From Candidatus Latescibacterota bacterium (GTDB lineage Bacteria; Latescibacterota; UBA2968): 64,000 nucleotides of DNA. The position numbers and the translations under genes were made by a program. Below are positions 20,684-31,966 of this stretch, piece after piece. The DNA lies in assembly GCA_965198115.1 (NCBI GenBank), contig OZ240241.1, forward strand, positions 3,616,001-3,680,000, in the 5' to 3' direction. The notes under the pieces were generated by a model. That model was not told where the DNA came from. It was given only the letters and a program-made list of their open reading frames with translations, and made no database searches. Position 1 is the first letter of the stretch; each line of letters opens with the position of its first letter.

Positions 20684-21865
20684 CTACAGGACGCCGCAAT
20701 AACGCATCGCCCCCAGGGCGTAGACACGCGCAGCATCCCCGAGTCTCGCAACCGAAACACTCTCGTTATCCGCGTGCGCAGTCTCATTCGATGGGCCATA
20801 GTAGAACGTCGGGATGCCCGTTCCGTGTACGTAAAGATTCGCATCCCCCACGATGCGCATCCCGATGTATTCGGCCTCTTCTCCGGTAACCTCGCGATGG
20901 GCCTCAGCGAACGCCTGAGCCGACGGATCGCTGGTGGGTGTTTCGAACGGTTCACGCTCGTGGACCATCGACACATCCAGCTCCAGGCCGCCATCATTCG
21001 CGAAGTCTGCAGCCAAAGTTTCCAATTCTGTCAGACAGCCATCGGCGGTGCGGCCGGGCGACCACCGACGCGTCCCGGTCAGCTTACACGTCACAGGAGT
21101 CCGGTTGAAATAGTCTCCCGCTTCCACAATGCCGATGTCGATCCGCTCGGCTCCCGCCAGAGGGTGCACGTCCCCATTATCGAGCTCCGTCTGACGTTGA
21201 TGGATCCTCTGAATCAGATCGCCAACGAACCGGATCGGATTCTCCGAGAAGGGCACATATTGCGTATGCGTTCCTCCGCGCGGGGACTGAAGCTCGATCG
21301 TCCACACCATCGAGCCCATACTCATCACCCACAGGGCGTCCGGTCCCTCCACGATGACGATTCGGTCTCCGCAAAGTCGTCCCGCGTTGAGGTCCCCGAT
21401 GAGCGCTTTGGGTCCATCTTTGTCGGCCACTGGCTCCTCGTGTCCGACCACGGCCGTGACCCAAACGTCCCCTTTCAAGTTGACACCCGACTCGATCAGA
21501 GCCTTTGCAGCACCAGCGAGTGACGCCATCCCACCCTTCATATCCGTTGTCCCCCGCCCGGTGATCGTGTCTCCATCGCGCCCGGGCGCAACACAATCTC
21601 CAATCGGAATCGTATCCAGATGACCGTTGAACACCAACGAAGGGCCGTCACCGCATCCAGCGATCTTCGCGTAGAGATTGTTCCGTCCCGGCGTCACCTC
21701 TCTGACATCGACCTCGAGCCCGATCTCCTTCATCAACTCGCAGTACTGTGCACAGACGGCCGCCTCATCCATCGTCACGCTGGGGGTCTGCACCAACGCC
21801 AGCGTCTGCTCCGCAATCCACTCCTGGTTGACACGCTCCAGCACATTCTCGTGCGTGGCGTTCAT
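20684..21865 (-). CDS. M20 family metallopeptidase/deacylase (ArgE/DapE-like)
   Basis: NGHLDT, GRGTTDMKGG, HEE and AHADNE motifs. Confidence 0.9.
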   Translation of the reverse strand: MNATHENVLERVNQEWIAEQTLALVQTPSVTMDEAAVCAQYCELMKEIGLEVDVREVTPGRNNLYAKIAGCGDGPSLVFNGHLDTIPIGDCVAPGRDGDTITGRGTTDMKGGMASLAGAAKALIESGVNLKGDVWVTAVVGHEEPVADKDGPKALIGDLNAGRLCGDRIVIVEGPDALWVMSMGSMVWTIELQSPRGGTHTQYVPFSENPIRFVGDLIQRIHQRQTELDNGDVHPLAGAERIDIGIVEAGDYFNRTPVTCKLTGTRRWSPGRTADGCLTELETLAADFANDGGLELDVSMVHEREPFETPTSDPSAQAFAEAHREVTGEEAEYIGMRIVGDANLYVHGTGIPTFYYGPSNETAHADNESVSVARLGDAARVYALGAMRYCGVL

Positions 21866-22185
21866 CCCAGCTTCCCCCTTCGTGTTGGAGTATGTCCCAG
21901 TGAAACGCCGACATAAGAAGCCAGAAGGTCCGACTTCCCAAGCGTTCTGCTTCCAAACATCACCCGCTCGCAGTGAGCACTCGACGATCTCACGGTCAAG
22001 GTCGTATTACCAGGAGTAACAGTCGAAGACTTCGATGCGGCGGAAAGGAAGAGTCCCGGGAAGGCGAGGTGTAATGACCGGTTTTGGTTGGCTCGTTGGC
22101 CCGATGGACCAACAGGCGATATCACTGACTTCGCCGAGTCGTGCGCCACTCGGATCCCGGCAACTTCGTTCTATGCGCCCACCAT

Positions 22186-23169
22186 CTACCGAGCGACGCG
22201 AACAGGCTTCTTCCCCGCGACCGACTTGTAGACCGCCTCGGACAGACGAGCGACCTGCAATGCGTAGTCAGGTGGCGAGTAGCCCTTACCGTCGCCGCGG
22301 ATCCAGTCGAAGAAAGCCTGGTCTGGTGTGGTTTCCTTGATGCTCTTCGGGACCTTTAGAGGATCGTCGTTCAGCAGAACGGAACGGAGCTTCCACTTGT
22401 GGAGATGGAAGACCAGGCACCCCTCGGTTCCGTGAATCGCCACCCGTTCGTCGTGCATACGTGCGTTTCCAAACGTATTGATCGTACCCAAGGCGCCACC
22501 CTTGAATCGCACGTTCACAACCGCATTGATATCGACCTTCTTACCCGCGTTCGTCAGGAACGCGGACACCTCCGCGGGCTCGAGGCCGGTCAGCCAGAGC
22601 ATAACGGCAACTAGGTGGCTGCCCGTGTCGATGAACATGCCGCCACCCGACAGCTCGGGATCCATCCGCCATCCACGAATACCACCCCAGTTCTGAGTCA
22701 CGTAGCCCGTAATTCCTACAATTTCACCAAGAGCCCCGTCCCTGATCGCCTGCCTGGCGGCCTGGTATTCCGGATAGTAGTGGCGCTGGTAAGCCACCTG
22801 CACATAGCACTTCCGTTTGTCAGCAAGCGCGATCAACCCCTTGGTGTGACGGGAAGAAATCGTCAGGGGCTTCTCCACGCAGACGTGGCAACCCTTTTGA
22901 AGACTGAGGCGCGCCTGTTGGTAGTGAACAGCGTGAGGTGAGCTGATCAGAATGGCCTCCATATCCTCCTGGCGAATCATCCTGTTGTAGTCTTCGTAGT
23001 AGGCAGCTTCCTTTCCCCACGCATCGAGCAGGGTTTCCGCATTTTCCTTGTTCGTGTCGGCGACGCACACGATCTCGATGCGTCCGTCGTCCTCCAACCT
23101 CGGCAGATGGGCGCGCTGCATATTCCCACCGCACCCGATCAGTCCTACCTGGATCGCTCGCTTCGCCAT
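22186..23169 (-). CDS. Gfo/Idh/MocA family oxidoreductase
   Basis: GLIGCGG, HVCVEKP and GGMFIDTGSH motifs. Confidence 0.9.
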   Translation of the reverse strand: MAKRAIQVGLIGCGGNMQRAHLPRLEDDGRIEIVCVADTNKENAETLLDAWGKEAAYYEDYNRMIRQEDMEAILISSPHAVHYQQARLSLQKGCHVCVEKPLTISSRHTKGLIALADKRKCYVQVAYQRHYYPEYQAARQAIRDGALGEIVGITGYVTQNWGGIRGWRMDPELSGGGMFIDTGSHLVAVMLWLTGLEPAEVSAFLTNAGKKVDINAVVNVRFKGGALGTINTFGNARMHDERVAIHGTEGCLVFHLHKWKLRSVLLNDDPLKVPKSIKETTPDQAFFDWIRGDGKGYSPPDYALQVARLSEAVYKSVAGKKPVRVAR

Positions 23170-23218
23170 CGTCCTCTCCTCGACCGGTCGAGCACAAAAC
23201 CACGGACCGGTTCTCGTT

Positions 23219-24028
23219 TCAGGCCACCTTGGGAGCTTGAAGCGTCATCTCGCTACGACCTCCAAGACCGGACACCACAGGAAAGGCCCTTTCTCGGGGG
23301 CCATTGCTCCTCGCCTTGTAGTGAACCGTCGGCGGAAAGTATGCATAGAGCGCGGTATGTCTCGCATCAGCCGTCTTGTTGGGACCCGAGCCGTGAGCCA
23401 CAAGACTGTGGAACATCAGCGCGCTGCCCGCCTTCAGCGGGACCTCGATCGCGCCGCCCGTGTCCAGGTCTTCACGATCGGTCATTTTTCCATCGTCCTC
23501 ACGCGCGATGCGTCCCCACTCCTGCAACCCCCACTTATGGCTCTCGGGAATGACCTGGATACAACCGTTCTCCGGCGTACTGTCCGTCAGGGCGATACTC
23601 ACCGTCACCAGCGACGGCGGTTCCATCGGCCAGTAGGCCGAGTCCTGATGAAAAGAGTGAGCCGATCCGTGATGCGCCGGCTTCAGCATCAGGGTACTTC
23701 GGAACAGCAGCAGGTCGTCTCCAAGAAGGCTGCGAACGGCTTCTATCAGCTTCGGATGCTCTGAAAGCGCCTTGAACGCATCCGAGTACTCCCTCGTGCT
23801 TTCGATCTTTCGCAACACGGGAAGCCCATCGGTCTCCTGAGTCTTCGCGTAGGGTTCCAGCTGAAAAGATGTCGCTGCGGGGTCGTCATTTGCCTTGAAT
23901 TCGGCAGCGAGTTCGTGGAGTCGAGCGATCTCGGTCTCACAACGATCGATCTCTTCCTGAGTCATGAAGTTTTCCAGGATGTAGTAGCCTTTTTCCTCGA
24001 ACGACGCGTGTAAGGCTTCGGGCGTCAT
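23219..24028 (-). CDS. phytanoyl-CoA dioxygenase (PhyH) family protein
   Basis: FHQDSAYW, ENGCIQVIPESH and HGSGPN motifs. Confidence 0.9.
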   Translation of the reverse strand: MTPEALHASFEEKGYYILENFMTQEEIDRCETEIARLHELAAEFKANDDPAATSFQLEPYAKTQETDGLPVLRKIESTREYSDAFKALSEHPKLIEAVRSLLGDDLLLFRSTLMLKPAHHGSAHSFHQDSAYWPMEPPSLVTVSIALTDSTPENGCIQVIPESHKWGLQEWGRIAREDDGKMTDREDLDTGGAIEVPLKAGSALMFHSLVAHGSGPNKTADARHTALYAYFPPTVHYKARSNGPRERAFPVVSGLGGRSEMTLQAPKVA

Positions 24029-24029
24029 C

Positions 24030-24470
24030 TCATACATCCCCCATAAACCGTCTGAGGTAGGCGGCAATCAGAATGACGACCGTACCCAGGACCATACTGA
24101 CCGTCATCCAACGCTTTCGATTCGCCTTTACTCGAGCGAACGCGTCGCCCGGGACCGTCAGCATGAATCCGATCTTGAAGACAACGAGGGCAAGCACGAT
24201 TTTCACGATCAGGCCGTATAGATAGGGTTTTGCCGACAGCGATCCGTTGACCGCTGCCATACCCACCTGGTAGAGTCCCGTGATCAACAGAAGCCCGATG
24301 CTGATCCACAGGATCTGGCGGAACCGGTCGACGATCGCCCCCATTATCTCGGCACGTCGTTCCTCCGGCATCCCCTCGACGACAGGGAGCAGGACGAACC
24401 GGACGAACGCCACACCGCCGACGGCGATCACGGCAGCCATCACGTGGAGCCACTGGGCAAGAACGGTCAA
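24030..24470 (-). CDS. four-TM membrane protein (CopD/DUF4149-like)
   Basis: WLHVMAAVIAVGG..LLLITG pattern with four hydrophobic helices; start codon uncertain. Confidence 0.6.
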   Translation of the reverse strand: MTVLAQWLHVMAAVIAVGGVAFVRFVLLPVVEGMPEERRAEIMGAIVDRFRQILWISIGLLLITGLYQVGMAAVNGSLSAKPYLYGLIVKIVLALVVFKIGFMLTVPGDAFARVKANRKRWMTVSMVLGTVVILIAAYLRRFMGDV

Positions 24471-24619
24471 CTTTCGGGTCTCGATCCTGTTGAAGGTGAA
24501 AGACTTGCGGGGTTCAGAGAATGCAACCACCCCCCGCACGCGTCAAGCAAAAAGGCTGCAAACAGAAAGGCCGTCCGGGGATCCCGAAAACGGCCTTGGT
24601 CGTCACTTTCCGATCACGA

Positions 24620-25652
24620 CTAAAAAGAAGGTCTCAGATTCGTGGAGTCCCGCGGAACCACGACAAACCCGAGTGAGTCGACGGAAGCCGACCCGAACAC
24701 GCCAATACCCCCTTCGAGATTGAACTGAGGGAATTTGAAGTTATCCCCTGTGGTTCCCCCGAACCCCCCCCTCGCTACCGAACTCCGGACTCGTTCGAAT
24801 GAAGTCGAACCAGTTCTGGTCCACTGCGAAGACCTTGATCTTATGCCTTCCCGCGAAGTAGACGGCGAACCAAGGCAGACGCAGACTCCCATCTTCGGCC
24901 TCAAACGCCGGGGAACTCTCCTGGCGGTTGAAGTCGGCAAAATCGGAATCGTCCAGAAAGTCGCCATCGATCACGAACGGCGATCCCATATCCAGACTGA
25001 AAATCCCCACCCGGTAACCGGCAGCCGTAATCGGATCGAACCGCGCCTCCAGCAGACCCTCCTGGTAGACGACCTGGTTCTCAGGAGATCCGAACACTGC
25101 CTCTTCCCCATCCCGAAAAGTTCGGAACTGACGCGTCACAGCAAGTGATTCCTCGTCGAGCAGAACGCCCTCCCGGATCGACAGCCGCGCGGGAGTGACC
25201 GTCGTCCCGGTCAAAACCCGACTGCCCGCCTCCACGCGGATCGTGTAGATCGTCTCCGGTAGAACCACGGACGGATCGGCTGGAGGGCGGTAGAGCGACT
25301 TCTGATCGGGATCGTTCGCGTAGATGAAGTTTCGACCCTCGGTCTGGATCTCGACCCTCGCGCCTGCCACACCCGAGTTATCATCCGTCACCGGCTGCCC
25401 CGGCGCGATCGTCTTCGACAGGAGAATATCGGGCAACGGCCGGTCGACAATCAGCAGCGCATCGAGGACGAGCCGCCCTTCATCGATCTGACTCCCGAAG
25501 AGCTCACCAGGTCCCCGATCCGTCGAGCACGCAGACGAAACGCACAGGGCTGCAGCAAAAAAGACAAGAAGCCTTGTCCTTCCGTTCGTGTGTGAAACCT
25601 GCCCCGAACGAATGTGAGAGGTGTGTTTCGTGGTTGGCTTCTCAGAATTCAA
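24620..25652 (-). CDS. DUF4249-like lipoprotein (frameshift near 24770)
   Basis: Lipobox SSAC; C-terminal NLEGGIGVFGSAS typical of DUF4249; lies directly after the TonB receptor. Confidence 0.7.
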
Positions 25653-27882
25653 AGTCCACCCCCAACGTTGGCACGACGGGCAACATCTTGAATACCCTCG
25701 GCGTCTGATCGCCCCCATTGTCGTTTTCGACGAACCATTCGTTTCTCCGATTGTAAACGTTGAAAACCTGCAGATACCATTCGGCGGCCGTTCCGAACAG
25801 CCTGAACTTGCGCTTCATGCTCAAGTCGAGTCGATGATACGGCAACAGCCGGTTGCTGTTCTTGTCCCCCGGAATCGCATACCGGTCGGTTTGGAACTCG
25901 CTCGTGGCCGGTGCGCGTAGCGCGTATCGACCCACGACAGGGGTGAAGGCCTGTCCGGTACCGTAGACCAGATTGGTTCCCCACGTCCACTTTCCCGTGC
26001 GATAGCTCAGAACGAACGACAGATCGTGCCGCCGATCGTATTTGACCGGATACTCACGCCCCCCGTTCAGCTCTTCGAACATACGCCGGGTCCAACCCAG
26101 CGTATAGCCGATCCATCCGGTCAGACGGCCCGTCCTTTTTTGTAGGAAAAGCTCGACACCGGTCGCATACCCGGTGCCCCGCGTGACGAAGACATCCTCG
26201 GACGTTGTTCCCTCGCTGTCCACGGGCACATCTTGATCGATGACGACCAGATTCGCCATATCCGTGTAATAGCCCTCGAGGGACAGCTTGTAGTCGTCCG
26301 ACGGTTCGTATTCGAACCCCCCCACCGCCTGCCACGATTCTCCCGGCTGGACCGTATCGTCGAGCGGAACCCAGAAGTCGCTGCCGCTGAAAGCCTCCGT
26401 CGTCACTAGCTGCAGATACTGCGTGTAGGATCCACCACCGAGTTTGAGTCGAAAACCGGGTTTCAGCTCCTGGCTAAAGCTGATCCGCGGCTCCACCCGC
26501 ACGTTTTCTTGATTGGTGAAGTAATTGCCACGCAGCCCCAGGCGAATACTCGTCTTCGACGTCGGCTGCCAGTGATCCTGGAGATAGACGGAATGGAGGG
26601 AGGGCGTTTCCTTCAAATCGAGTTGCTCGTCCTGGTTGAACACCTGCCGAAATCGGAAATCGTACCACGTCGAGAGTCCACCCATCGTAATCGTATGATG
26701 GCTCGTGGCGAAGTAGTCGATGTCCCCTTGACCAAGAAGTCGCGGATGCCGTTCGAAATCAGGATGGGCGTGTCGAAGATCTTCAGTTCCGTGTCGCTGA
26801 AGTACTTGCTCCCTGCGATCATGAAGTTTCCGTAGAGACTCGAATTGAAAATGTGATTCCACTTCGCCGTCGCCGCCGTGTTACCCCACCGGATCGTGAA
26901 AAACGTGTCGGCCTCCAGGTCGAACAGGAGGTCGTCGCGACCCAGATAGGCGCTGACCGTCAGTTTATCGTTGTCTCCCCAATCCTGATTCAACTTTGCG
27001 TTTACATTGAAAAAGTAATAGCTCGGAATATCGGTGCTGTCCGACCGGACCAGCGACAGGACCGGCTCCAGGTAAGTCCGCCGCCCCGAAACCATCCACG
27101 ACCCGCTCTTCGTCGGACCCTCGAGCGTCAGACGTCCCGAAATCAGGCTGACGCCCCCGGTCCCCTGGAAACGCTTCCGATTGCCGTCCCGATTTCTCAC
27201 GTCCAGAACGGAACCGAGCCGCCCCCCATACTGAGCCGGGTAGGCCCCCTTGTGAAGACTCATGTCTTTGATTGCGTCGGAGTTGAACGTCGAGAAGAAC
27301 CCGAACGCGTGGCTCGGATTGTAGAGAGGAATCTGGTCGAGCAGGATCAACGTCTGATCCGGCCCACCGCCCCGAATGTAGAGACCCGAGCTGATGTCCG
27401 AAGCGGCCTGAATCCCGGGCAGGAGCGGCAGACTCCTGAGGATATCGGCTTCGCCGAATGAGGGGAGATCCTGGATCTTCGCCGTCTCGAGCGTAATGAA
27501 ACCCGTCTGAATCCGCTCCTCATCCTCATCCCCGACGCGCCTCCACGACGATCTCCGCACCCACGATCGTTTCCGGTTCGAGGGCAATCTCAACACGCTG
27601 CTCATCCACGTCGGAAACGGTCACCGAATCCCGAAAACTCTTGTAACCGATGTAGGAGACCACCAGACTGTATGAGCCTGCCGGAATCGACTTGAGCGCG
27701 AAGTACCCTTCACCGTTACTCAACACCCCGAATACGACATCGCCTCGTCTCAGAACGGCATTCGCATAGGGAAGCGTCTCGGCACTGCTATCGTCCCTCA
27801 CGTATCCACTGATCGTCCCCGCCAGCACACGACCCGCCGACATCACCATCAGCAACGCTACCACCACGAACCTTACAATCAA
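25642..27882 (-). CDS. TonB-dependent receptor with carboxypeptidase-regulatory-like N-domain (frameshifts near 27540 and 26730)
   Basis: ISGYVRD..ETLPYAN, LPGIQ..GLYIRGG..DQTLILLD, YPAQYGGRLGSV, YDRRHD, YHRLD and NVYNRRN motifs; terminal Phe. Confidence 0.9.
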
Positions 27883-27944
27883 CCCAATCCCCTCCGATTT
27901 GAATTCTGAGTTTGCAATGCGTTTAAAATGCCATCGATAGCCAG

Positions 27945-28382
27945 TCAGCCGCTTGAAGCCGCCGTCTGAATCAGCACAGCCCGCTCCTGAATCCGGGTGA
28001 GGATGCGATCCATTTCATCCCGGTCGTCCCCCGACAGACCGTCCGTACGCCACGCTTGATCGTCCTCTTTCTTCTGCTTGGTCATCTGAACGCTCACCTC
28101 GCCGGACAGCAAGTCGTAGATCACGGATACGCGTTTGCGACGAGACACACCAAGGAAATTCTGACTCACGAAACTGGATTCTTCTCGCCAACCGGTCGTG
28201 ATCACGCCGGTCGCCGGTTCGGCCGTTTCAATCGTGTAGCCTTCGTTGCTCAGAATGACAACCGCTGCGTTGACGAGCGCATCGGGGTTCACGTCCTCCA
28301 CGGGAGCCGTGACGGACGAAGGTCGAACGACGTCACACGAAACCACGAACGCGAGCACACAAAGCACGCTTACCTGTTTCAT
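27945..28382 (-). CDS. hypothetical lipoprotein
   Basis: GGGAGG RBS, lipobox VVSC, ATGVITTGW motif. Confidence 0.7.
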   Translation of the reverse strand: MKQVSVLCVLAFVVSCDVVRPSSVTAPVEDVNPDALVNAAVVILSNEGYTIETAEPATGVITTGWREESSFVSQNFLGVSRRKRVSVIYDLLSGEVSVQMTKQKKEDDQAWRTDGLSGDDRDEMDRILTRIQERAVLIQTAASSG

Positions 28383-28481
28383 AACAACCTCCCAGTTGAA
28401 TGAATGTCCTGGTCAGGGAGTATCGCCATCTGGTTCCTGAACACCCCACAGATGGAAAAGTGTCACCTGTCCATTCGTAAT

Positions 28482-28497
28482 TGCAAGGGATGTGCCA
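28482..28497 (-). promoter_or_regulatory. sigma-54 (-24/-12) promoter
   Basis: Minus strand TGGCAC-ATCCC-TTGCA, an exact consensus match 100 bp upstream of the lipoprotein/TonB operon. Confidence 0.8.
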
Positions 28498-28547
28498 GAT
28501 TCGCGAAGGCCTACCAGAGCGCCAGGCACGCCTGGAATGCCTCAAAG

Positions 28548-28565
28548 TGTAGACAAATTGCCACA
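28548..28565. promoter_or_regulatory. candidate enhancer-binding-protein site
   Basis: TGTAGACAAATTGCCACA (TGT-N12-ACA) about 50 bp upstream of the sigma-54 site. Confidence 0.45.
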
Positions 28566-28861
28566 GGTTGTATCGCTCGGATCACGGTGGATTGGTCGAA
28601 GGGGTTGGCGGAGCACGTGTCTCACCCAGATGCCCAGCCACGTATCACAGGATGTGTTAGATGCGGAATGACTCAGGGAAGATTCGATGAAGCGAAGAGG
28701 AAGGCGCCAATTGTAGAGAGACCGGGTCGGGTCTCTTCTCCCGGATGGATTGAAAAGCTGTCAGCGAAGTCGAAATACGCTTTGGCGACGGGCGCGTTGA
28801 ACCGGGGCGCGACAGAGCAATCGGGGTTGGAGGTGCGGGTGACGCGTTTTGGGCATTCAGC

Positions 28862-29323
28862 TCAGCCGCCGTCTCCTGGCATCCACTCGAACATCCGGTA
28901 GCGCTCCCCGTCCATCCCGAGCGCGCCATAGGCGGAACAGGCGATCTCGTTCGTATGGTGTACGTATAATCGAAGGCCTTTCAGGTCCTCGGTCGTTTCC
29001 ACGAGGTGCTTCAGATGGATGTAGAGCTGCTTGAACACGCCTTGCCGCCTCGCCTCCGGCACGACGTAGAGCGAGTGGATCCAGACGACATCGCCGTTCC
29101 GCCAGTCGCTCCACTCCCTCACCGTCAAGAGTCCACCCACCGGCTCCTCATCGATCTCCGCCAGGAAGTATTCGCCCTTCGTCGGATCGAGAAACACCGC
29201 ACGCACCCCCTCTTCAAGCGTGGCTCGGTCGAGAGGCATGCCTTCCGTCTCCTGGGCCATCTGCTGCTGGAAGTCGACGATCGTCTCCAGATCCTCGATA
29301 ACGGCCGACCGAACCTGCACCAT
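28862..29323 (-). CDS. GNAT family N-acetyltransferase
   Basis: EWSDWRNG, LYVVPEARRQGV (acetyl-CoA motif) and NEIACSAY motifs. Confidence 0.9.
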   Translation of the reverse strand: MVQVRSAVIEDLETIVDFQQQMAQETEGMPLDRATLEEGVRAVFLDPTKGEYFLAEIDEEPVGGLLTVREWSDWRNGDVVWIHSLYVVPEARRQGVFKQLYIHLKHLVETTEDLKGLRLYVHHTNEIACSAYGALGMDGERYRMFEWMPGDGG

Positions 29324-30264
29324 CAGGCCGCCCTCACCGCCGGAGCCAGAATCCCGAGTCGGTCACGCCATTCATCAGCCAGATCACTCAGATGGTCGAG
29401 CAAGATCCGGTCAACCTCGTGAAACTCGAAATCTCGGACCCGGCAAGTGGGGCCGATGGCCATGCCCCGTCGGGAGAGATACAGCTTTGAAGCCGCGGGA
29501 TAGTTATGCGCAACCGCCTTCTCCGCAACCGTCAGAAAACGCTGCAGAGCCCGAGCGTCCTCCGGCCTATCGGCGAAGGACTGGCAGAGCCAGACGTGGA
29601 GATCGGGATAGACGTTCGCCGACACACCGCAGAACCCGTCGCCCCCGGCGAGGAGGGAATCGAGCAGGGTTGCCGTGTTGGCGTTGTAAAACCGCAAGGG
29701 TGTCCCCTTCACAGCCTCGATCTTCTCCTGGATCGTCGGGACGGAACGGCTTGTTTCCTTGATGAACTTGAATCGACCCGACGAGGCGCACCAACCAAGG
29801 GTCGACGGCTCCAGCAACCGATGATAGGGTTGTGGACACTCGTAGATACCAAGGTCTGCATTCGTCCCTTCGAGAAGGCGGGAGACGTTTTCCTTCCACA
29901 CGTCATCGCCTTCCCCCTCCTGGGCCATTTGGGACGCGATCACCACGACGCCGTTCACACCCGTCTCCGCCATTCTCTCCACGAACGCCGAATGGTCGGC
30001 CGTCGGACCCCCGAACGTACCCGATGCGAATATGGGCACGCGATTCTGAACGACGTCTGCGATATGTCTGGCCACGTTCAGTCGTTCGTCCTCATCCATC
30101 GTATACATCTCGCTCGAAAGACAGACGGCAAACAGACCCTGCACACCCGATGCCAGATACCATTCCGTCAATTCGGTCAGCCCGTCCCAATCCACAGCTT
30201 TGGACTCGGTGAAGGGCGTCAACATGACCGGCCATACACCGTTACGCGATCTTTGGTCAGACAT
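29323..30264 (-). CDS. dihydrodipicolinate synthase/N-acetylneuraminate lyase family protein
   Basis: PVMLTPF, CLSSE, YECP and FIKETS (Schiff-base Lys) motifs. Confidence 0.85.
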   Translation of the reverse strand: MSDQRSRNGVWPVMLTPFTESKAVDWDGLTELTEWYLASGVQGLFAVCLSSEMYTMDEDERLNVARHIADVVQNRVPIFASGTFGGPTADHSAFVERMAETGVNGVVVIASQMAQEGEGDDVWKENVSRLLEGTNADLGIYECPQPYHRLLEPSTLGWCASSGRFKFIKETSRSVPTIQEKIEAVKGTPLRFYNANTATLLDSLLAGGDGFCGVSANVYPDLHVWLCQSFADRPEDARALQRFLTVAEKAVAHNYPAASKLYLSRRGMAIGPTCRVRDFEFHEVDRILLDHLSDLADEWRDRLGILAPAVRAA

Positions 30265-30276
30265 ATCGAACCCTTT

Positions 30277-31059
30277 CTAGTAGTAATCCGTGATGCGCTC
30301 GAATCGATGTCGAACCGTGTAGGGATCGAGACGTTCTCCCTTCTTGTAGCCGCGTGCAGCCGCCTGTGCGGATTCGAGGCGCTTGTACCGAATCTCGAAT
30401 TCGATCGGCGAATCGAACGTAAAGGGCTCTGCGGATCCCGACCTGCCGGCGGCGCGTTTCGCCCCCTCGAAGATCTCGTCGATCGCACGCCGAGGGTGCT
30501 TACTCACGGCGGCATTCTATCCCTTGCCCTCTTTCGTCGTCACAATCTCGATACCCTCGAAGAATCTGGATGCCTCAGCCACGGCCTTGTCGTCGCTCGA
30601 TGTGAAAATCGGCGGGACCCCCATTTCTCCAGCCACGGCAGCGTCGATCTGCATCTCCCCCACCTCGACACCGTTGACCTTCATATACTGATACGTCGCG
30701 GAGCTGAAGCTGTGACACATCACCCCGTCGATCGTGTTGTCCATCGCGTGGTACCCGACAAACTGGATGCCGTCGAACGTTTCGTCAACGCCCGGCCATC
30801 GACGTTCGAACCCGACTCCGAGAGCGATGTCGCACCGGGAATCTAGCAGGTCGTAGTCGAGATTCAGGCTTCCGTTGTGATTGTCCCACACGATCACTTG
30901 TTCCGCCCCCGCCTCGAACAGCCCACGAGCGGCGGCGTCGGCCTCCCGCGTCGCCTGAAGTTTGGCGAACTCCAGATTCCTGGAGCTGTTGAGCGAGGCG
31001 CCCGGCGAACCAACTCCGCACGCGACGCCTTCACAATCCACTCCGATCGCGAATTTCAT
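30277..31059 (-). CDS. M55 family D-aminopeptidase (DppA-like; frameshift near 30515)
   Basis: VDCEG, WDNH, GYHAM..HSF and SSDD motifs; C-terminus in ORF 30277..30507. Confidence 0.85.
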
Positions 31060-31071
31060 TCCGTCTCCTCG

Positions 31072-31848
31072 TCAGGATACTCTGCCGATGATGACCCCGG
31101 CCGAGTCCACCTCCGTCCTCAGAATCTGAAGTTCTTCCGCGGTCGGCGCGTCCGTCACGGGTGGGTCATCCACCATCCTCAATTCGAACCCGGTCGCATT
31201 CTGCACGTCCTCTCTCGTCACACCCGGGTGAAGGCTCGACACTTCCATCCGTCCATCCTCACCATACCCCATCACACATAGGTCCGTGATCACCCGGTAA
31301 GGCCCCGTGTCGCTCGGCAGCCCTGCTTCGATTCTCGAGCCACGCCCGGTCAGATAGCCCGGTGAGGTCAGGAAATCCACCGTCTCCACGAACCGTCTCC
31401 GGCTGTGCTCGGTCAGTACCATCGTTCTCCAGCAGAAACTGGCAAAGTCGTTGCCTCCACCACTTCCGGGGAGCCGCACGGAGGGTTTCTCAAAGGGGCC
31501 AATCACGGTCGAGTTCAGGTTACCGTACGCGTCGATCTGAGCACCCCCGAGGAAGGCGTAGTCGATCAGTCCTCTTTGACACATCTCGAAGACGTCCGAC
31601 ATCGACGTCGTCATCACTGCACGGTGAGCCGTCCGTGAATCCCCCACCGAGATTGGCATTGCCGGAAGCTCTGGGCCCAGACCGCCTGCTTCGAACACGA
31701 CGAACAGTTCGGGAGCGTGCGTCTTTTGCGCCAACATCGCGGCCGCGCAGGGCGCGCCCGTCCCCACACCGACCGTGGCGCCGTCTTCCAGGAAGCGTGA
31801 CGCCACGCAGATCATCAGTTCAATGGCGTTGTAGGATCGATCACTCAT
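31072..31848 (-). CDS. CoA-transferase beta subunit (glutaconate CoA-transferase-like)
   Basis: VGTG, FEAG, FLGGAQIDAYGNLN, RLPGSGG and VITDL motifs. Confidence 0.9.
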   Translation of the reverse strand: MSDRSYNAIELMICVASRFLEDGATVGVGTGAPCAAAMLAQKTHAPELFVVFEAGGLGPELPAMPISVGDSRTAHRAVMTTSMSDVFEMCQRGLIDYAFLGGAQIDAYGNLNSTVIGPFEKPSVRLPGSGGGNDFASFCWRTMVLTEHSRRRFVETVDFLTSPGYLTGRGSRIEAGLPSDTGPYRVITDLCVMGYGEDGRMEVSSLHPGVTREDVQNATGFELRMVDDPPVTDAPTAEELQILRTEVDSAGVIIGRVS

Positions 31849-31966
31849 CGCAAAGCTCGGACACAGTCTATCTGATGTTTCAATCCATAGGGGAATCATC
31901 CACGCACGGTCAATTCGGTGCTTCCATCACCATTCTTCATTCTGCACTTTACCTTTTGCACTTGCC

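Noticed and set aside
21866-22185. Intergenic region between the M20 peptidase and Gfo/Idh/MocA genes as an ncRNA or small gene
   Set aside because: Only a weak REP-like hairpin; no convincing promoter-terminator pair or RBS-led ORF.
29506-30846. Long antisense ORFs (for example 29506..30846, 11233..12057, 37815..38918, 49342..50313, 60439..61509)
   Set aside because: Shadow frames opposite well-supported genes in GC-rich DNA, with no motifs.
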